Shown here piece after piece: positions 49,548-59,671 of a DNA stretch of 64,000 nucleotides; positions within the stretch are counted from its first letter, which is position 1, and every line of letters starts with the position of its first letter. Below the pieces are notes generated by a model. The model had not been told where the DNA came from. It made no database searches and saw only the letters and a program-made list of their open reading frames with translations. Made by a program: the position numbers and the translations under genes. This DNA is from an uncultured bacterium (GTDB taxonomy: Bacteria > Krumholzibacteriota > Krumholzibacteriia > Krumholzibacteriales > Krumholzibacteriaceae): positions 4,053 through 68,052 of the forward strand of contig CBDUQN010000005.1 in NCBI GenBank assembly GCA_965369375.1. Direction: 5' to 3'.

Positions 49548-50375
49548 TCACTGGTGCGTGAAGGGATTGATCTTCTTCATTTCTATGATCCGACCACCCT
49601 TCTTGAATTCAACGCCGTCCATGAGTTCCCTGATAAGGTAGAGTCCTCGTCCGGACCCCTTGTAGACATTATCACTCTCGGTCGGATCGCTCTGATCCTC
49701 GGGCTCGAAACCTTCGCCCTGGTCCTCCACCTGAATGACAATACGATGAAAGCTGATGTAGATCCTGATATGGACCTTCAGGTCCTCCTTCTTCTTGTTG
49801 CCGTGTATGATCGCGTTGCTCAGCGACTCGTCCATGACCATAGGCAGATTCACTTTGCTATCCTCGGGCGGGAATCCGAATTCGGCGGTGAGAAACGATA
49901 CGAGCCGATTAACGCCCAGTATTCTCGACAGCCTGCTCGGAATGAGGAAATCGAGACGAACCTGTCCTTCTTCGATCAGATCGTTGCTCCTCGGGAAGGG
50001 AATCTCATCATCCCGGCGGCCGTTGATCACATGCTGCACATCAGCGCGGCTCAACGGCGGGTGAAAGATCCCGCTGACACCGAGTGAGAGGAATGCAAGG
50101 TAATCACGCTCGCTGCATTCCTCCGTGATGATGTAAATCGGCGAATCGATCTTGGCGAGACGGATCTCCCTCGTTCGGGCTACGTCGAGTGTTCGTGCGG
50201 GCAGGAAGAGAAGGATGACCGGAACTTCGTCTTCGAGAGACTTTATCCCTCTGATGAATTTGCGATAGCTCTTGTAGATATTGGGAATTACATTCTCGGG
50301 CAACCGAATGTCCGAAAAGAATTCGGCGTGCAGATCCGGCTGCAGGTTCAGTATATACAGCGAGGTCTGTTTCAC
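49548..50375 (-). CDS. HATPase_c (RsbW/anti-sigma-factor-kinase-like) protein with N-terminal degenerate receiver-like domain
   Basis: C-terminal half: LSNAIIHGNKK (N-box), VEDQGEGF (G1), GSGRGLYLIRELMDGVEF (G2). N-terminal ~130 aa show a receiver-like alternating beta/alpha pattern (VPVILLFLPAR...IDSPIYIITEE) but lack the phospho-Asp pair. Confidence 0.45.
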   Translation of the reverse strand: MKQTSLYILNLQPDLHAEFFSDIRLPENVIPNIYKSYRKFIRGIKSLEDEVPVILLFLPARTLDVARTREIRLAKIDSPIYIITEECSERDYLAFLSLGVSGIFHPPLSRADVQHVINGRRDDEIPFPRSNDLIEEGQVRLDFLIPSRLSRILGVNRLVSFLTAEFGFPPEDSKVNLPMVMDESLSNAIIHGNKKKEDLKVHIRIYISFHRIVIQVEDQGEGFEPEDQSDPTESDNVYKGSGRGLYLIRELMDGVEFKKGGRIIEMKKINPFTHQ

Positions 50376-50390
50376 ATCAAACGTTAAACG

Positions 50391-50966
50391 TTAGAATACT
50401 TTTTGGCCGTCGGCGAGAATTTCGTTAAGTGCTTCACGGAAATAATCGCTCGACTCGACCAGGTCAGGACCGACCTTCTCTTTGTACGTTTCCCACGACT
50501 TCTTGATCTCGGAACCGAGGACCGCCATGAGATCGCCGTTGGCAAGTCCCTGATCCCGCTTCTCGCGGTTGTACACGAGAATATCACTCACGAAGACACG
50601 CGCCAACCGCTTGACCCGTTCCATCTTCTTTCGAACTTCCGGGCTCTCGAATGCATCCGGTTTCGTTTCGGCGGCCGCCATCTCATCGGAGATCTCGATT
50701 TCCTTCTCGACGGGCGCAGCCACCGTTTCGGTTGCATAGCCCGATCTCGGCTGCCCCATCGCAGCCCATTCACCCTTCGGCGTTTCCGCCACCGGTGATT
50801 CATCCGCAAATTCACTCGAGGATACCTCGAAGATCGACTCGGGTGCTGCAGTGTTGAGCCGCCAGACGAAGCGGCACTTCGGGCAGCGCACGCGTATGCC
50901 GATCTCGGGCACCTTTTCGTCTGCCAGCAGGTATTTCGTTGTGCATCCGTCGCATGTGACGATCAT
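50391..50966 (-). CDS. MJ0042-type zinc-ribbon domain protein
   Basis: N-terminal CDGC-x17-CPKC zinc ribbon (MIVTCDGCTTKY...VRCPKCRF); acidic linker; conserved-looking C-terminal ~80 aa (VFVSDILVYNREKRDQG...). Confidence 0.4.
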   Translation of the reverse strand: MIVTCDGCTTKYLLADEKVPEIGIRVRCPKCRFVWRLNTAAPESIFEVSSSEFADESPVAETPKGEWAAMGQPRSGYATETVAAPVEKEIEISDEMAAAETKPDAFESPEVRKKMERVKRLARVFVSDILVYNREKRDQGLANGDLMAVLGSEIKKSWETYKEKVGPDLVESSDYFREALNEILADGQKVF

Positions 50967-51007
50967 TATGCTCGCTCCTTACCAGCAGGGGAGAGACGGC
51001 TTCTCTC

Positions 51008-51556
51008 TCAAAGCCCTAGTTCATCGGAGATGCTCTCCATCGCATCGAGAGAAATTTCAAGAAATCCGTGCAATTCAAGACCAATCTCGCTACAACTTGC
51101 AATTGCATCGCGGTTCGCCCCTGCAGCGAACCTCTTTTCCTTGAAACGCTTTCCCACGAAGGCGGCGTCCATACCCGCCAAACTCTTCGAGGGGTGCATC
51201 AACGCAGAAGCAACAATCAAGCCAGTTACCGGATCGGCGCAATATATTGCCTTGTCAAGCTTTGAGTTACATTCCGCGTGCCCCGCATGCGCCAGGATGG
51301 CGTGGTGAATCTCCGCCGGGACGTCGGCGCTTTTGAGAATATTGCAGGTAATGAAGCCGTGCTTCTCGGGCATATCCATCGTCTGCTCGTAATCGAGATC
51401 GTGGAGCAGCCCGGCGAGTGCCCAGAGCTTCTCGTCTTCCCCGAATTTCACGGCGAGCGAGCGCATGATGCTCTCGACGGCAAGCGTGTGCTTTACGAGG
51501 TTATCCTTTGTCAGATTGGAAGTTACAATTTCCCAAGCTTCTGCTCTCGATAGCAA
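51008..51556 (-). CDS. HD/HDIG-domain metal-dependent phosphohydrolase
   Basis: H...HD (GLLHDLD) and downstream His residues; 182 aa. Confidence 0.6.
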   Translation of the reverse strand: MLSRAEAWEIVTSNLTKDNLVKHTLAVESIMRSLAVKFGEDEKLWALAGLLHDLDYEQTMDMPEKHGFITCNILKSADVPAEIHHAILAHAGHAECNSKLDKAIYCADPVTGLIVASALMHPSKSLAGMDAAFVGKRFKEKRFAAGANRDAIASCSEIGLELHGFLEISLDAMESISDELGL

Positions 51557-51584
51557 TTGCCCCTCCTATGCGAATAAGAGCCGG

Positions 51585-53684
51585 CTAGCCGATGTCAGCG
51601 AGTTCCATTCTTGGCTTATAATACAAGCGGAGGTACTCCGTGACAACCCTATTCTCACCGCGCTCGAGCCCGGGGTCGCGGTCGAGCAGCCGGTCGCTCT
51701 CCTCCCACGAGCGCCTTACCAGCGATTCATCACGGAGCGGGTTTATCAACCGAAACACCGGATACCCCGTCTGCCTGAATCCCCAGATCTCACCCGGTCC
51801 ACGAAGTTTCAGATCTTGCTCGGCGATGCGGAAGCCGTCGTCGGTCGACGCGAAGAATGCGAGTCGTTCCATGCTCCTCTCCCCCATGCCTTCGCCGAGG
51901 ACGAGGTAGCATACACCGGGCTCTCCGCTCCTCCCTACCCTGCCCCTGAGCTGATGCAGCTGGGCGAGCCCGAACCGCTCGGGATTGTTGATGACGATGA
52001 TCGAGGCGTTCTGTATGTCCACCCCGACCTCTATCACCGTCGTGGTAACGAGTCCCCGTATTTCTCCGCTGCGGAACAACGCAATCGCCCTCGCCTTCTC
52101 TTCGAAACTCATCCTGCCATGGAGCAGTCCGATGGGAAACCCGGCGAACACCTCCCGCTGCAGTCTCTCATACTCGGATGTTGCAGCCATCAGGTCGCTG
52201 CGCTCGCTCTCCTGGACGAGGGGATAGAGAATAAAGGCCTGACGTCCGTCCCGAAAGGCATCCGCGACAGCCTCGTATACGCGCTCCTTCGCCTGCGGCT
52301 CGACGATCTCCGTCGTCACGCTTCGCCGTCGGGCGGGAAGTTCGTCGATGACGGCGAGATCGAGATCGCCGTAAACGGTCTGGGCGAGGCTTCTCGGAAT
52401 CGGTGTCGCGGTCATAACGAGGAAGTGCGGCAGGACATCGCCCACCCCGAGGCGCGCCCGCTGTTTGACACCGAACCGGTGCTGTTCGTCAATAACGGCG
52501 AGACCGAGCTGTTTGAACGAAATGCCCTCCTGAATCAGGGCATGCGTGCCGACTATTACATCCACCCTTCCGCCGGCCAGATCGCCGTGTATCTTCTCCT
52601 TCTCGCTTCTCGTCATCGAACCGATCAGCAAAGAAACACGGATATCGAGGTCCGCCACGTACCCCCGGATCCTCTCGAAGTGCTGCTGTGCGAGTATCTC
52701 CGTCGGTACCATGAGCGCCGCCTGGTAACCGTTTGCCACGGCGATCATCATCGCCGCGATCCCGATCACCGTCTTGCCGGAGCCGACGTCACCCTGCAGC
52801 AGCATATTCAAGCCGCGCGCGGCAGAAACATCATTCTCCACGGCCCCGAGCACGCGGCGCTGGGCTGCGGTCAACTCAAAGGGAAGGGCGGCTATAAAGC
52901 GATCGACCAGGCGGCAGGGCAGTTTCATTTCGGGACGGCGCATCTTCGTGATCAGGTTGCGCTTTCTCTCCTTGAGCAGCAGGTGAAGGAAAAAAACCTC
53001 TTCGAATTTCAAGCGCTCCGTTGCACCTCGCAGGGTCTCCCAGCTATCGGGGTAGTGTATCTGACCGAATGCCTCTGCGCGCGAAGGAAATCCGAATTTT
53101 TTCAATAAGCTCGCGGGGAGATTCTCCGGTATGGATGATGCACACTTGTCGAGCGCGTTTCGAACGACCCGCCGCATCATCCGCTGTGAGATGCCGGCGG
53201 TAAGCGGGTAGACGGGCACGATCCTCCCCGTATGCAGCAGCGACTCATCGAGCTCGCCCGATACGATCTCGTAATCGGGAGCTATTATCTGTCTCTGCCC
53301 CCGGTAGATGGTAAGCGCCCCGCTCGCGATGATCCTCGCGCCCTGTTTGAACTGTTTCTCGAGGTAGGGCTGATTGAAGAATATCAGGTTCACGATCCCC
53401 GTCTCGTCCCCTGCGGCCACCGTCACGATACTCCGCCCCCGGTGCAGTCTCCGCAGACTGGTGGCGAGAACACGCGCGACAAAGGTCGCGGTGGTTCCCG
53501 CGGCCAGACCGGATATCTTCACGAAATCGCTTCGATCGTAGTAGTTGCGCGGGAAGTGCGAGATGCAGTCCTCGACCGTTTCGATGCCGAGCCTCTCGAG
53601 CAGCACCTGACGCGACGGGCCGACCCCCTTGACAAACTGGCTGCTCTCGAGCAATACGGGCTTCTTTTTGAATCGATCTTCCAT
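51585..53684 (-). CDS. recG: ATP-dependent DNA helicase RecG
   Basis: 699 aa; wedge domain, Walker A GDVGSGKT, DExH (VIDEQHRFG), helicase C motifs. Confidence 0.9.
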   Translation of the reverse strand: MEDRFKKKPVLLESSQFVKGVGPSRQVLLERLGIETVEDCISHFPRNYYDRSDFVKISGLAAGTTATFVARVLATSLRRLHRGRSIVTVAAGDETGIVNLIFFNQPYLEKQFKQGARIIASGALTIYRGQRQIIAPDYEIVSGELDESLLHTGRIVPVYPLTAGISQRMMRRVVRNALDKCASSIPENLPASLLKKFGFPSRAEAFGQIHYPDSWETLRGATERLKFEEVFFLHLLLKERKRNLITKMRRPEMKLPCRLVDRFIAALPFELTAAQRRVLGAVENDVSAARGLNMLLQGDVGSGKTVIGIAAMMIAVANGYQAALMVPTEILAQQHFERIRGYVADLDIRVSLLIGSMTRSEKEKIHGDLAGGRVDVIVGTHALIQEGISFKQLGLAVIDEQHRFGVKQRARLGVGDVLPHFLVMTATPIPRSLAQTVYGDLDLAVIDELPARRRSVTTEIVEPQAKERVYEAVADAFRDGRQAFILYPLVQESERSDLMAATSEYERLQREVFAGFPIGLLHGRMSFEEKARAIALFRSGEIRGLVTTTVIEVGVDIQNASIIVINNPERFGLAQLHQLRGRVGRSGEPGVCYLVLGEGMGERSMERLAFFASTDDGFRIAEQDLKLRGPGEIWGFRQTGYPVFRLINPLRDESLVRRSWEESDRLLDRDPGLERGENRVVTEYLRLYYKPRMELADIG

Positions 53685-53753
53685 AAATGACTTGCCAATG
53701 GTGAAACAATGGCTTACATTATAACAACTTCAGGTCGCCCAAGGAGAACGAAT

Positions 53754-53945
53754 ATGAGCAGGCAGTGCACAATCTGCGGGAAAAAACCGATTACCGGTAA
53801 CAACGTCAGCCACGCGCACAATCTGACGAAGCGGCGCTGGCTGCCCAACCTCCAGAAAATCAGGATAGAGGTGGGCGGCAAGAAGCGAAAAGCCTACGTC
53901 TGCACGAGCTGCATCAAGAGCGGGGCCGCTAAAAAGGCCCTGTAA
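53754..53945 (+). CDS. rpmB: 50S ribosomal protein L28
   Basis: [34 protein letters not shown] matches the L28 signature (..C.V.GK.P..GNN.SHA.N.TKRR..PNL). Track ORF trimmed from 53709. Confidence 0.85.
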   Translation: MSRQCTICGKKPITGNNVSHAHNLTKRRWLPNLQKIRIEVGGKKRKAYVCTSCIKSGAAKKAL

Positions 53946-53998
53946 TCACCTCGCTTTCAAATCTTCTTTAATAATCGATACGTATATGCCGCGCGCAC

Positions 53999-55531
53999 TC
54001 AATCCCCATCGAGAATGAGACGCTTATAGCGGGCGGCGAGTATTTCGCGCGTTACCGGTCCCTCTATTATATCCCAGGGCAGGGGTCCTTTCATGCCTCT
54101 CTCTTCGTGCACAAAAGAGAGATCGACCCCTTCGCTGCTCATCGCTTTCTTCCAGGATACACCGCTGGTGATATGACGAACGATGCCGTAGCCGACCTTT
54201 TCATCACCGAGCGAAAGCACCGCCTGTCTCATCGCCGAACGCACCGTTTTCGTCTTTACCAAGAGGCCCAGATTCCCGCACATGTTCCTCACGTGTTTCA
54301 ATCGTGCCTCGAGTTCGTTTTGCGCGGGCATGGGGTAGAACTGCAGAGGCGTCCATGCCTTGGGCACCACGATATTCACATGCACGCTGCAGGTTCGTCC
54401 GTGAATCGAGCTCTTGAAGCGTTTTAGGAACCGCATCGTCTCTGCGGAAGATTCGGGCCCCTCGCCCGGGCACCCGGCGAGCAGATAAAGATTGAAGTGA
54501 CGTATCCCCGCTTGCTCGAGGCGTGACGCGGCATCGAAATATATTTCATCCGGAACCCGCTTGCCGAGCCGGTAGCGTACCCGTTCGCTGCCCGATTCCG
54601 GCGCGAGACTCACGCTCCGCGTCCCGGCGGAAGCTATCGCAGCGATCGCCGCACACCCAAGATCATTCACCCGAAGCGAACTGAAGGAAACGGAGATACC
54701 CTGCCCGGTAACGGACCGTACGATATCTTCGAAATCCGGATGAGCGGCAACCGCCGTGCTCACGAGTCCTACCTTCTCTACCGGTATTCGCGACGCCGAC
54801 GAGACGAGGCTCGTGATTCGTTCGGCGGAGACATGGCGAAAAGGACCGCAGAGGCTCCGCGCGAGGCAGAAGTGGCACGCCCCCGGGCATCCCCTTCCGA
54901 TTTCCATGAGGAGCGTGTCGCCGAATATCGTGTCCGGCGTCACAACGGCGGACCGCGGGAACCGATCGTCGAGCGCCGCCCTCGGTGAGAAACGCGGTTT
55001 GATTTTCTGCAAGGCCGGCACGTACACTCCCGGCACGTGAGCGAGACCCTCGAGAAATTCCGACGGATCGGAGCGATCGTAATCGGGTATGCGCGTTATG
55101 ATCTCCCCGAGCGGATTTTCGCCTTCGCCGAGAACCGCCGCGTCCACGATGCCTGCGAGCGGCATCGGATTGCCGCTGACGGCCGCACCGCCCGCGATGA
55201 CGATAGGTAATCCCGAGCGTTTGCTTCGCAGCGGTTCGATCCCCGCATTTCCTAGAATCCGGACCAGACCGACGTAGTCCTCTTCGTAGGAAATCGAAAA
55301 GAGCAGGATCGCTGCGGCCGAGATACCCGATCCCGTCTCGACGGTGAACGGGGCCGTATCGGCGAAGAACCGCTCCACATCGAGGTCCGGTGTTTCACGC
55401 AATGTATGAAAGAGGAAGTGAAATCCGAGATTGGACATTGCCACCCGGTACGGAGCGGGGAACCCGCAGAACACCTTCAAACCCCGCCGCCGCGCAACCG
55501 GATAACGCGTCAGGTACCTTTCTGAAGCCAT
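53999..55531 (-). CDS. Radical SAM protein with N-terminal B12-binding-like domain (TIGR03960-like family)
   Basis: CxxxCxxC motif CPGACHFC; ~510 aa after trimming the start to MASERYL, which removes the overlap with the upstream TPR gene. Confidence 0.55.
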   Translation of the reverse strand: MASERYLTRYPVARRRGLKVFCGFPAPYRVAMSNLGFHFLFHTLRETPDLDVERFFADTAPFTVETGSGISAAAILLFSISYEEDYVGLVRILGNAGIEPLRSKRSGLPIVIAGGAAVSGNPMPLAGIVDAAVLGEGENPLGEIITRIPDYDRSDPSEFLEGLAHVPGVYVPALQKIKPRFSPRAALDDRFPRSAVVTPDTIFGDTLLMEIGRGCPGACHFCLARSLCGPFRHVSAERITSLVSSASRIPVEKVGLVSTAVAAHPDFEDIVRSVTGQGISVSFSSLRVNDLGCAAIAAIASAGTRSVSLAPESGSERVRYRLGKRVPDEIYFDAASRLEQAGIRHFNLYLLAGCPGEGPESSAETMRFLKRFKSSIHGRTCSVHVNIVVPKAWTPLQFYPMPAQNELEARLKHVRNMCGNLGLLVKTKTVRSAMRQAVLSLGDEKVGYGIVRHITSGVSWKKAMSSEGVDLSFVHEERGMKGPLPWDIIEGPVTREILAARYKRLILDGD

Positions 55532-55580
55532 CAGTGAACGCGCATATTTCTTTGAATGTTTTGGAATCAAGGAGGCCTCT

Positions 55581-57230
55581 TCAGGAGCTCGACGGGGAAT
55601 CGAGGTCGAGCGGACCCCTGCCGAGAAGGTTTCGGGCCACGACATCCTCCGGGTCAATCTCGAGCAACTTGCGCAGCACGGCTTCCGCTTCATCCTCGAG
55701 TCCCTTCTTTCGAAGCGTGAGCGCCAGAGAGAGAAAGGCGCCGCCGTACTCCGCATTCACTCCGAGACTCTTGCGGTACTGCTCCTCCGCCGCGTCGAGC
55801 TCGCCCTTGTAGAACTTGATATCACCCATAATCTTGTAGAGATCGGCAAAGACCTCATTCTGCGGTTCGAGGATCTCCTCTGCCTTCTCGTAATTGCCGT
55901 TTCGAACCATGATGACGGCAAGCTTCTCCTTCGCTCTCAGGAAACGGGGATTGACCTCGAGTGCTTTCTTGAAATAATCCTCCGCCGCCCCGAGATCTCC
56001 CATTTTCATATAGACCTCGCCGATGAAGTAAAGGACATCGGCGCTCTCGCCTCCCGCCTTGACGATGTCGCCGAGAACAACCATCGCCTCCTCGAGGTTG
56101 CCCTCTCTCAGGTGCACGAGGGCGAGGCTGATGTTGGCGGCACTCATGTTCTCGGCGCCGTTCATCGCCTCGGTGAGATAGGAAATCGCCCTCTCCCTCT
56201 CACCCTGTGCATAGAGAAGGAGGCCGTAATAGTACAGCGCCTTCCGGTACTGCGGGGAAAGCTCGATCGAGCTTTCGAGTGCGATGCGAGCTCTATCGAG
56301 ATCGCCCAGATGAAAAAGTGTCGCCCCGTAGAAGCACTGCAAGTCGGCGTATCCGGGCCGTTCCTCGACCGCTCTCTCGAAGTACCCAAGCGCCCGGTTG
56401 TATTTCTTCTCGTCGAGATAGGCTATCCCCAGGTAGAAGCGCGCTTCGGTATAATTCGGATTGATCTCGATGGCTCCCTCGAGCTCCTCGCGGGCCTTGG
56501 CGTGCTCGGCGTTGCGCAGGTAGGCCATTCCCAGCTTGAAGCGCATATCGGCGTAATCGGGGTGCAGGCGGACAGCTTCGGACAGAGCCTGAATAGCGCG
56601 GTCGAAATTGCCGGTGTTGAAGGCCTCGACACCTTCCTTCACGCACGAATCGAAATCCGAATCGGCAGTGATGAGCTTCTTGAGCTGGGAAAGGGGCGGA
56701 ATATCCGTCTCCTTGCCGCACAGATGACAGCTCAGGAACTTGCTGATGGGACTCGGCATATCCGCACCGATCTCGAGCGCTTTCTCGAAATGGCCGTCCG
56801 CCTCCTCCTTGCTGCCCTTCTCGTAGAGAACGATCCCGAGATAACAGAAGGCTTCGAAATAGCTGTTGTTGTATTCTATCGCACGGCGGAGCAATGCCTC
56901 CGCTTTTTCGACGTTGCCGAGCTGGTGGTGAATCACCCCCATCCGGTAATACAGATCGGGATACGTAGGATTCTCTTCGAGAGCCTTGTCGAAGTGCAGC
57001 AGCGCACCCTCCAGATCACCCGAATGAAATTTCGCGGCCCCTATGTGCGCGTGAGATTCCGCCGCGTAAAACATGCCGAGCGCGTACGTGGGATCGCTCC
57101 GGCCGACCTTTTGTATCGCCTTCTCGAGCGATGCGACCGCCTGTTCGTACTTCCCTTCGTTGAAGTACTTGATCCCCAGCTCGTACTCGGGATTCTTTTC
57201 GAGACCGAAGAGCTTTCCCCAGAGCGACAA
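55581..57230 (-). CDS. TPR-repeat protein
   Basis: More than 12 TPR units across 549 aa; immediately downstream of ftsZ. Confidence 0.7.
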   Translation of the reverse strand: MSLWGKLFGLEKNPEYELGIKYFNEGKYEQAVASLEKAIQKVGRSDPTYALGMFYAAESHAHIGAAKFHSGDLEGALLHFDKALEENPTYPDLYYRMGVIHHQLGNVEKAEALLRRAIEYNNSYFEAFCYLGIVLYEKGSKEEADGHFEKALEIGADMPSPISKFLSCHLCGKETDIPPLSQLKKLITADSDFDSCVKEGVEAFNTGNFDRAIQALSEAVRLHPDYADMRFKLGMAYLRNAEHAKAREELEGAIEINPNYTEARFYLGIAYLDEKKYNRALGYFERAVEERPGYADLQCFYGATLFHLGDLDRARIALESSIELSPQYRKALYYYGLLLYAQGERERAISYLTEAMNGAENMSAANISLALVHLREGNLEEAMVVLGDIVKAGGESADVLYFIGEVYMKMGDLGAAEDYFKKALEVNPRFLRAKEKLAVIMVRNGNYEKAEEILEPQNEVFADLYKIMGDIKFYKGELDAAEEQYRKSLGVNAEYGGAFLSLALTLRKKGLEDEAEAVLRKLLEIDPEDVVARNLLGRGPLDLDSPSSS

Positions 57231-57246
57231 AAGCGGCTCCTTTGAA

Positions 57247-58398
57247 TCAGTCCAGCTGCTTCCTCAGGAACGTGGGAATATCGAGGTTCTGATCCCGGTA
57301 GCTTCTCGCACCGACTGTTTCGACACCTATCTCGGCAAAATTATCCAGCCTTCCGGCGCCACTAGCTTCTTCGATCGCTTCGATATTGAATGTCGCGGGC
57401 TTGATCGTTTCCGCCTTGAACGAAGGTATTACTTCCCGTTCATGGGGCTCGAATCCGGTTGCGATGAGGGTGACATGGAACTCGTCCGCCTTGGAATCAT
57501 TAATGACGGCCCCGAAAATGACATTTGCATCCTCTCCCGCCTCTTCGCTGATGATCGCCGTGGCGCTCGACACCTCGTGAAGCGTCAAACGCTCATCGCC
57601 GGTTATATTGATGAGCACTCCCTTTGCGCCTTTTATCGAAACATCATCGAGGAGAGGGCTGTTCAGGGCCATGTGCGCCGCTTCCGAAGCCCTGTTCTCG
57701 CCTTTCGCGAGTCCGCTCCCCATGAGCGCTTCTCCCATGCCGCTCATAATAGAGCGCACGTCAGCAAAGTCAAGGTTTATGAGACCCGGTCTCATGATCA
57801 GGTCGGATATGCCCTTGGTGGCGTGGTTGAGTATCTCATCGGCCTTCGAAAAGGCCTCGACGAGCGGTGTTTCCTTCGGAACGAAGGAAAGGAGCTTGTC
57901 ATTCTGGATGACGATAAGCGTATCGACCTCCTGTTTGAGCGCCGAAAGCCCCTCGAGCGCCTGCCGGTCGCGCCGCTTCCCCTCGAAGGAAAACGGTCTC
58001 GTAATGATGCCGACCGTGAGCGCCCCGCGCTCCCTCGCCATGCGCGCGATTATCGGACTCGCCCCGGTACCCGTGCCGCCACCCATACCGGCGGTAATAA
58101 AGACCATGTCGGATCCCTCGAGGAGATCACCCACGAGGTCGCCGTCTTCCTCGATCGCCCGGCAGCCGATCTCGGGATTCCCTCCCGAGCCGAGCCCCTT
58201 GGTCAGCCGTGCGCCGACCTGCACTTTCTTGTGAGCCATCGACAGCTCGAGCACCTGGGCATCGGTATTCACGGCGATGAACTCGACACCCTGGAGCCCC
58301 GAGGATATCATCCGGTTAATGGCGTTTCCGCCGGCGCCGCCCACCCCGATAACCTTCAATCGAGCCAGCTCCTCGAAATCATCAAACTCGAATCTCAT
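57247..58398 (-). CDS. ftsZ: Cell division protein FtsZ
   Basis: Tubulin signature GGGTGTG, T7 loop; SD AAGGAAGGGG upstream. Confidence 0.95.
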   Translation of the reverse strand: MRFEFDDFEELARLKVIGVGGAGGNAINRMISSGLQGVEFIAVNTDAQVLELSMAHKKVQVGARLTKGLGSGGNPEIGCRAIEEDGDLVGDLLEGSDMVFITAGMGGGTGTGASPIIARMARERGALTVGIITRPFSFEGKRRDRQALEGLSALKQEVDTLIVIQNDKLLSFVPKETPLVEAFSKADEILNHATKGISDLIMRPGLINLDFADVRSIMSGMGEALMGSGLAKGENRASEAAHMALNSPLLDDVSIKGAKGVLINITGDERLTLHEVSSATAIISEEAGEDANVIFGAVINDSKADEFHVTLIATGFEPHEREVIPSFKAETIKPATFNIEAIEEASGAGRLDNFAEIGVETVGARSYRDQNLDIPTFLRKQLD

Positions 58399-59656
58399 GT
58401 TCGTCCCCTTCCTTGTCGAATAAACTCTTCAGTTTCCGGATACCCTTTTTCATCCATTTGAAATTGCCGCTGAAACGGCCCCGCGCCCCCTGCGCGAGAA
58501 ATGCATCCCGCTCAAAGAGCATGAGACCGACAACGGCGCTCGCCTCCTCACCACACGCCATTTCGGAGAGCCCGTCGAGCTCGTGTGGTACTGCGCCCCT
58601 CGCGGGAAGATCGAATACCTGCTCTGCAACACCCTCCATGCCGTGTATCCGTGATCCCCCGCCGGTGAGAACGATGCCGCCCCCGAGCATCCGGTAGAAG
58701 GGATCGGAGCTTACCGCCTCTTTCACGTGGGCGCAGATTTCCTCGCACCGCGGTTCGATGATGGCGGCGATAATCTGTAACCGCACCATCTTGCCCGCGC
58801 GTCCGCCCATGCCGGGCACCTCGACGGTTCTGTGCTCGTCGGCAAGCGATGCGAGGGCGATTCCGTGCTCCTGTTTGATGACCTCGGCCACCGAGGAAGG
58901 CGTGCGCAATCCGATCGAGAGATCGTTCGTGATATTCGCTCCGCCGAGCGCCACGGCGCCGCTGGCGCGAGCACATCCGCCGTGATAGAGCGCATAGCCC
59001 GTTACGCTTCCGCCGATATCGACGAGAAGGCATCCCCTGGTCATCTCTTCTTCGGTGAGCACGGCTCGTGCTGTTGCAATCGGCTCGAAAACGAAATCGA
59101 TCACATCGAGATCGGCCCGCCTCAATACCTTTTCCAGATTCTCGATCGGCATGCTGAGACCTGTTACGATGTGCACGTCCGCTTCGAGCCGCATAGCCGA
59201 CATTCCGACGGGATCCTTGATGCCCTCCTGATTATCGACCACGAAGTCCTGAGGCATCGAGTGAATGATCTCACGGTTTGACGGCAGGGTTATGCCGGCC
59301 GCGGCTTCCGTTACCCGCTCAACGTCACTTGCGTTCACTTCCCGCCGGTGAGTCGGTATTGCGATCACGCCGCGGCTGTTGAAACTCTTGATGTACGTGC
59401 CGGAAACGCCGGCGCAGACGCCTCTGATCTCGACGCCCGCCATTTTCTCAGCCTCCATCATTGTAACCCGGACACACTCGGCGGCCCGCTCGATGTTCGT
59501 GACGGCGCCCTTGTTGATCCCTTCGGAAGGGCACTTCCCCGCGCCGATGATCCGCAGGTCCCCGTCCTGCCCAAGCTCGCCGATAAGAACAGACACTTTC
59601 GTCGTACCTAAATCAATACCAACTATAAAGTCAGAGGTCATTTGAGAGACACTCAC
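58382..59656 (-). CDS. ftsA: Cell division protein FtsA
   Basis: Actin-like ATPase motifs (GIDLGTTKVSVLIGE, DIGGSVTGYALY). Confidence 0.85.
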   Translation of the reverse strand: MSVSQMTSDFIVGIDLGTTKVSVLIGELGQDGDLRIIGAGKCPSEGINKGAVTNIERAAECVRVTMMEAEKMAGVEIRGVCAGVSGTYIKSFNSRGVIAIPTHRREVNASDVERVTEAAAGITLPSNREIIHSMPQDFVVDNQEGIKDPVGMSAMRLEADVHIVTGLSMPIENLEKVLRRADLDVIDFVFEPIATARAVLTEEEMTRGCLLVDIGGSVTGYALYHGGCARASGAVALGGANITNDLSIGLRTPSSVAEVIKQEHGIALASLADEHRTVEVPGMGGRAGKMVRLQIIAAIIEPRCEEICAHVKEAVSSDPFYRMLGGGIVLTGGGSRIHGMEGVAEQVFDLPARGAVPHELDGLSEMACGEEASAVVGLMLFERDAFLAQGARGRFSGNFKWMKKGIRKLKSLFDKEGDEHEIRV

Positions 59657-59671
59657 CCCCTTCTCCGGTGT

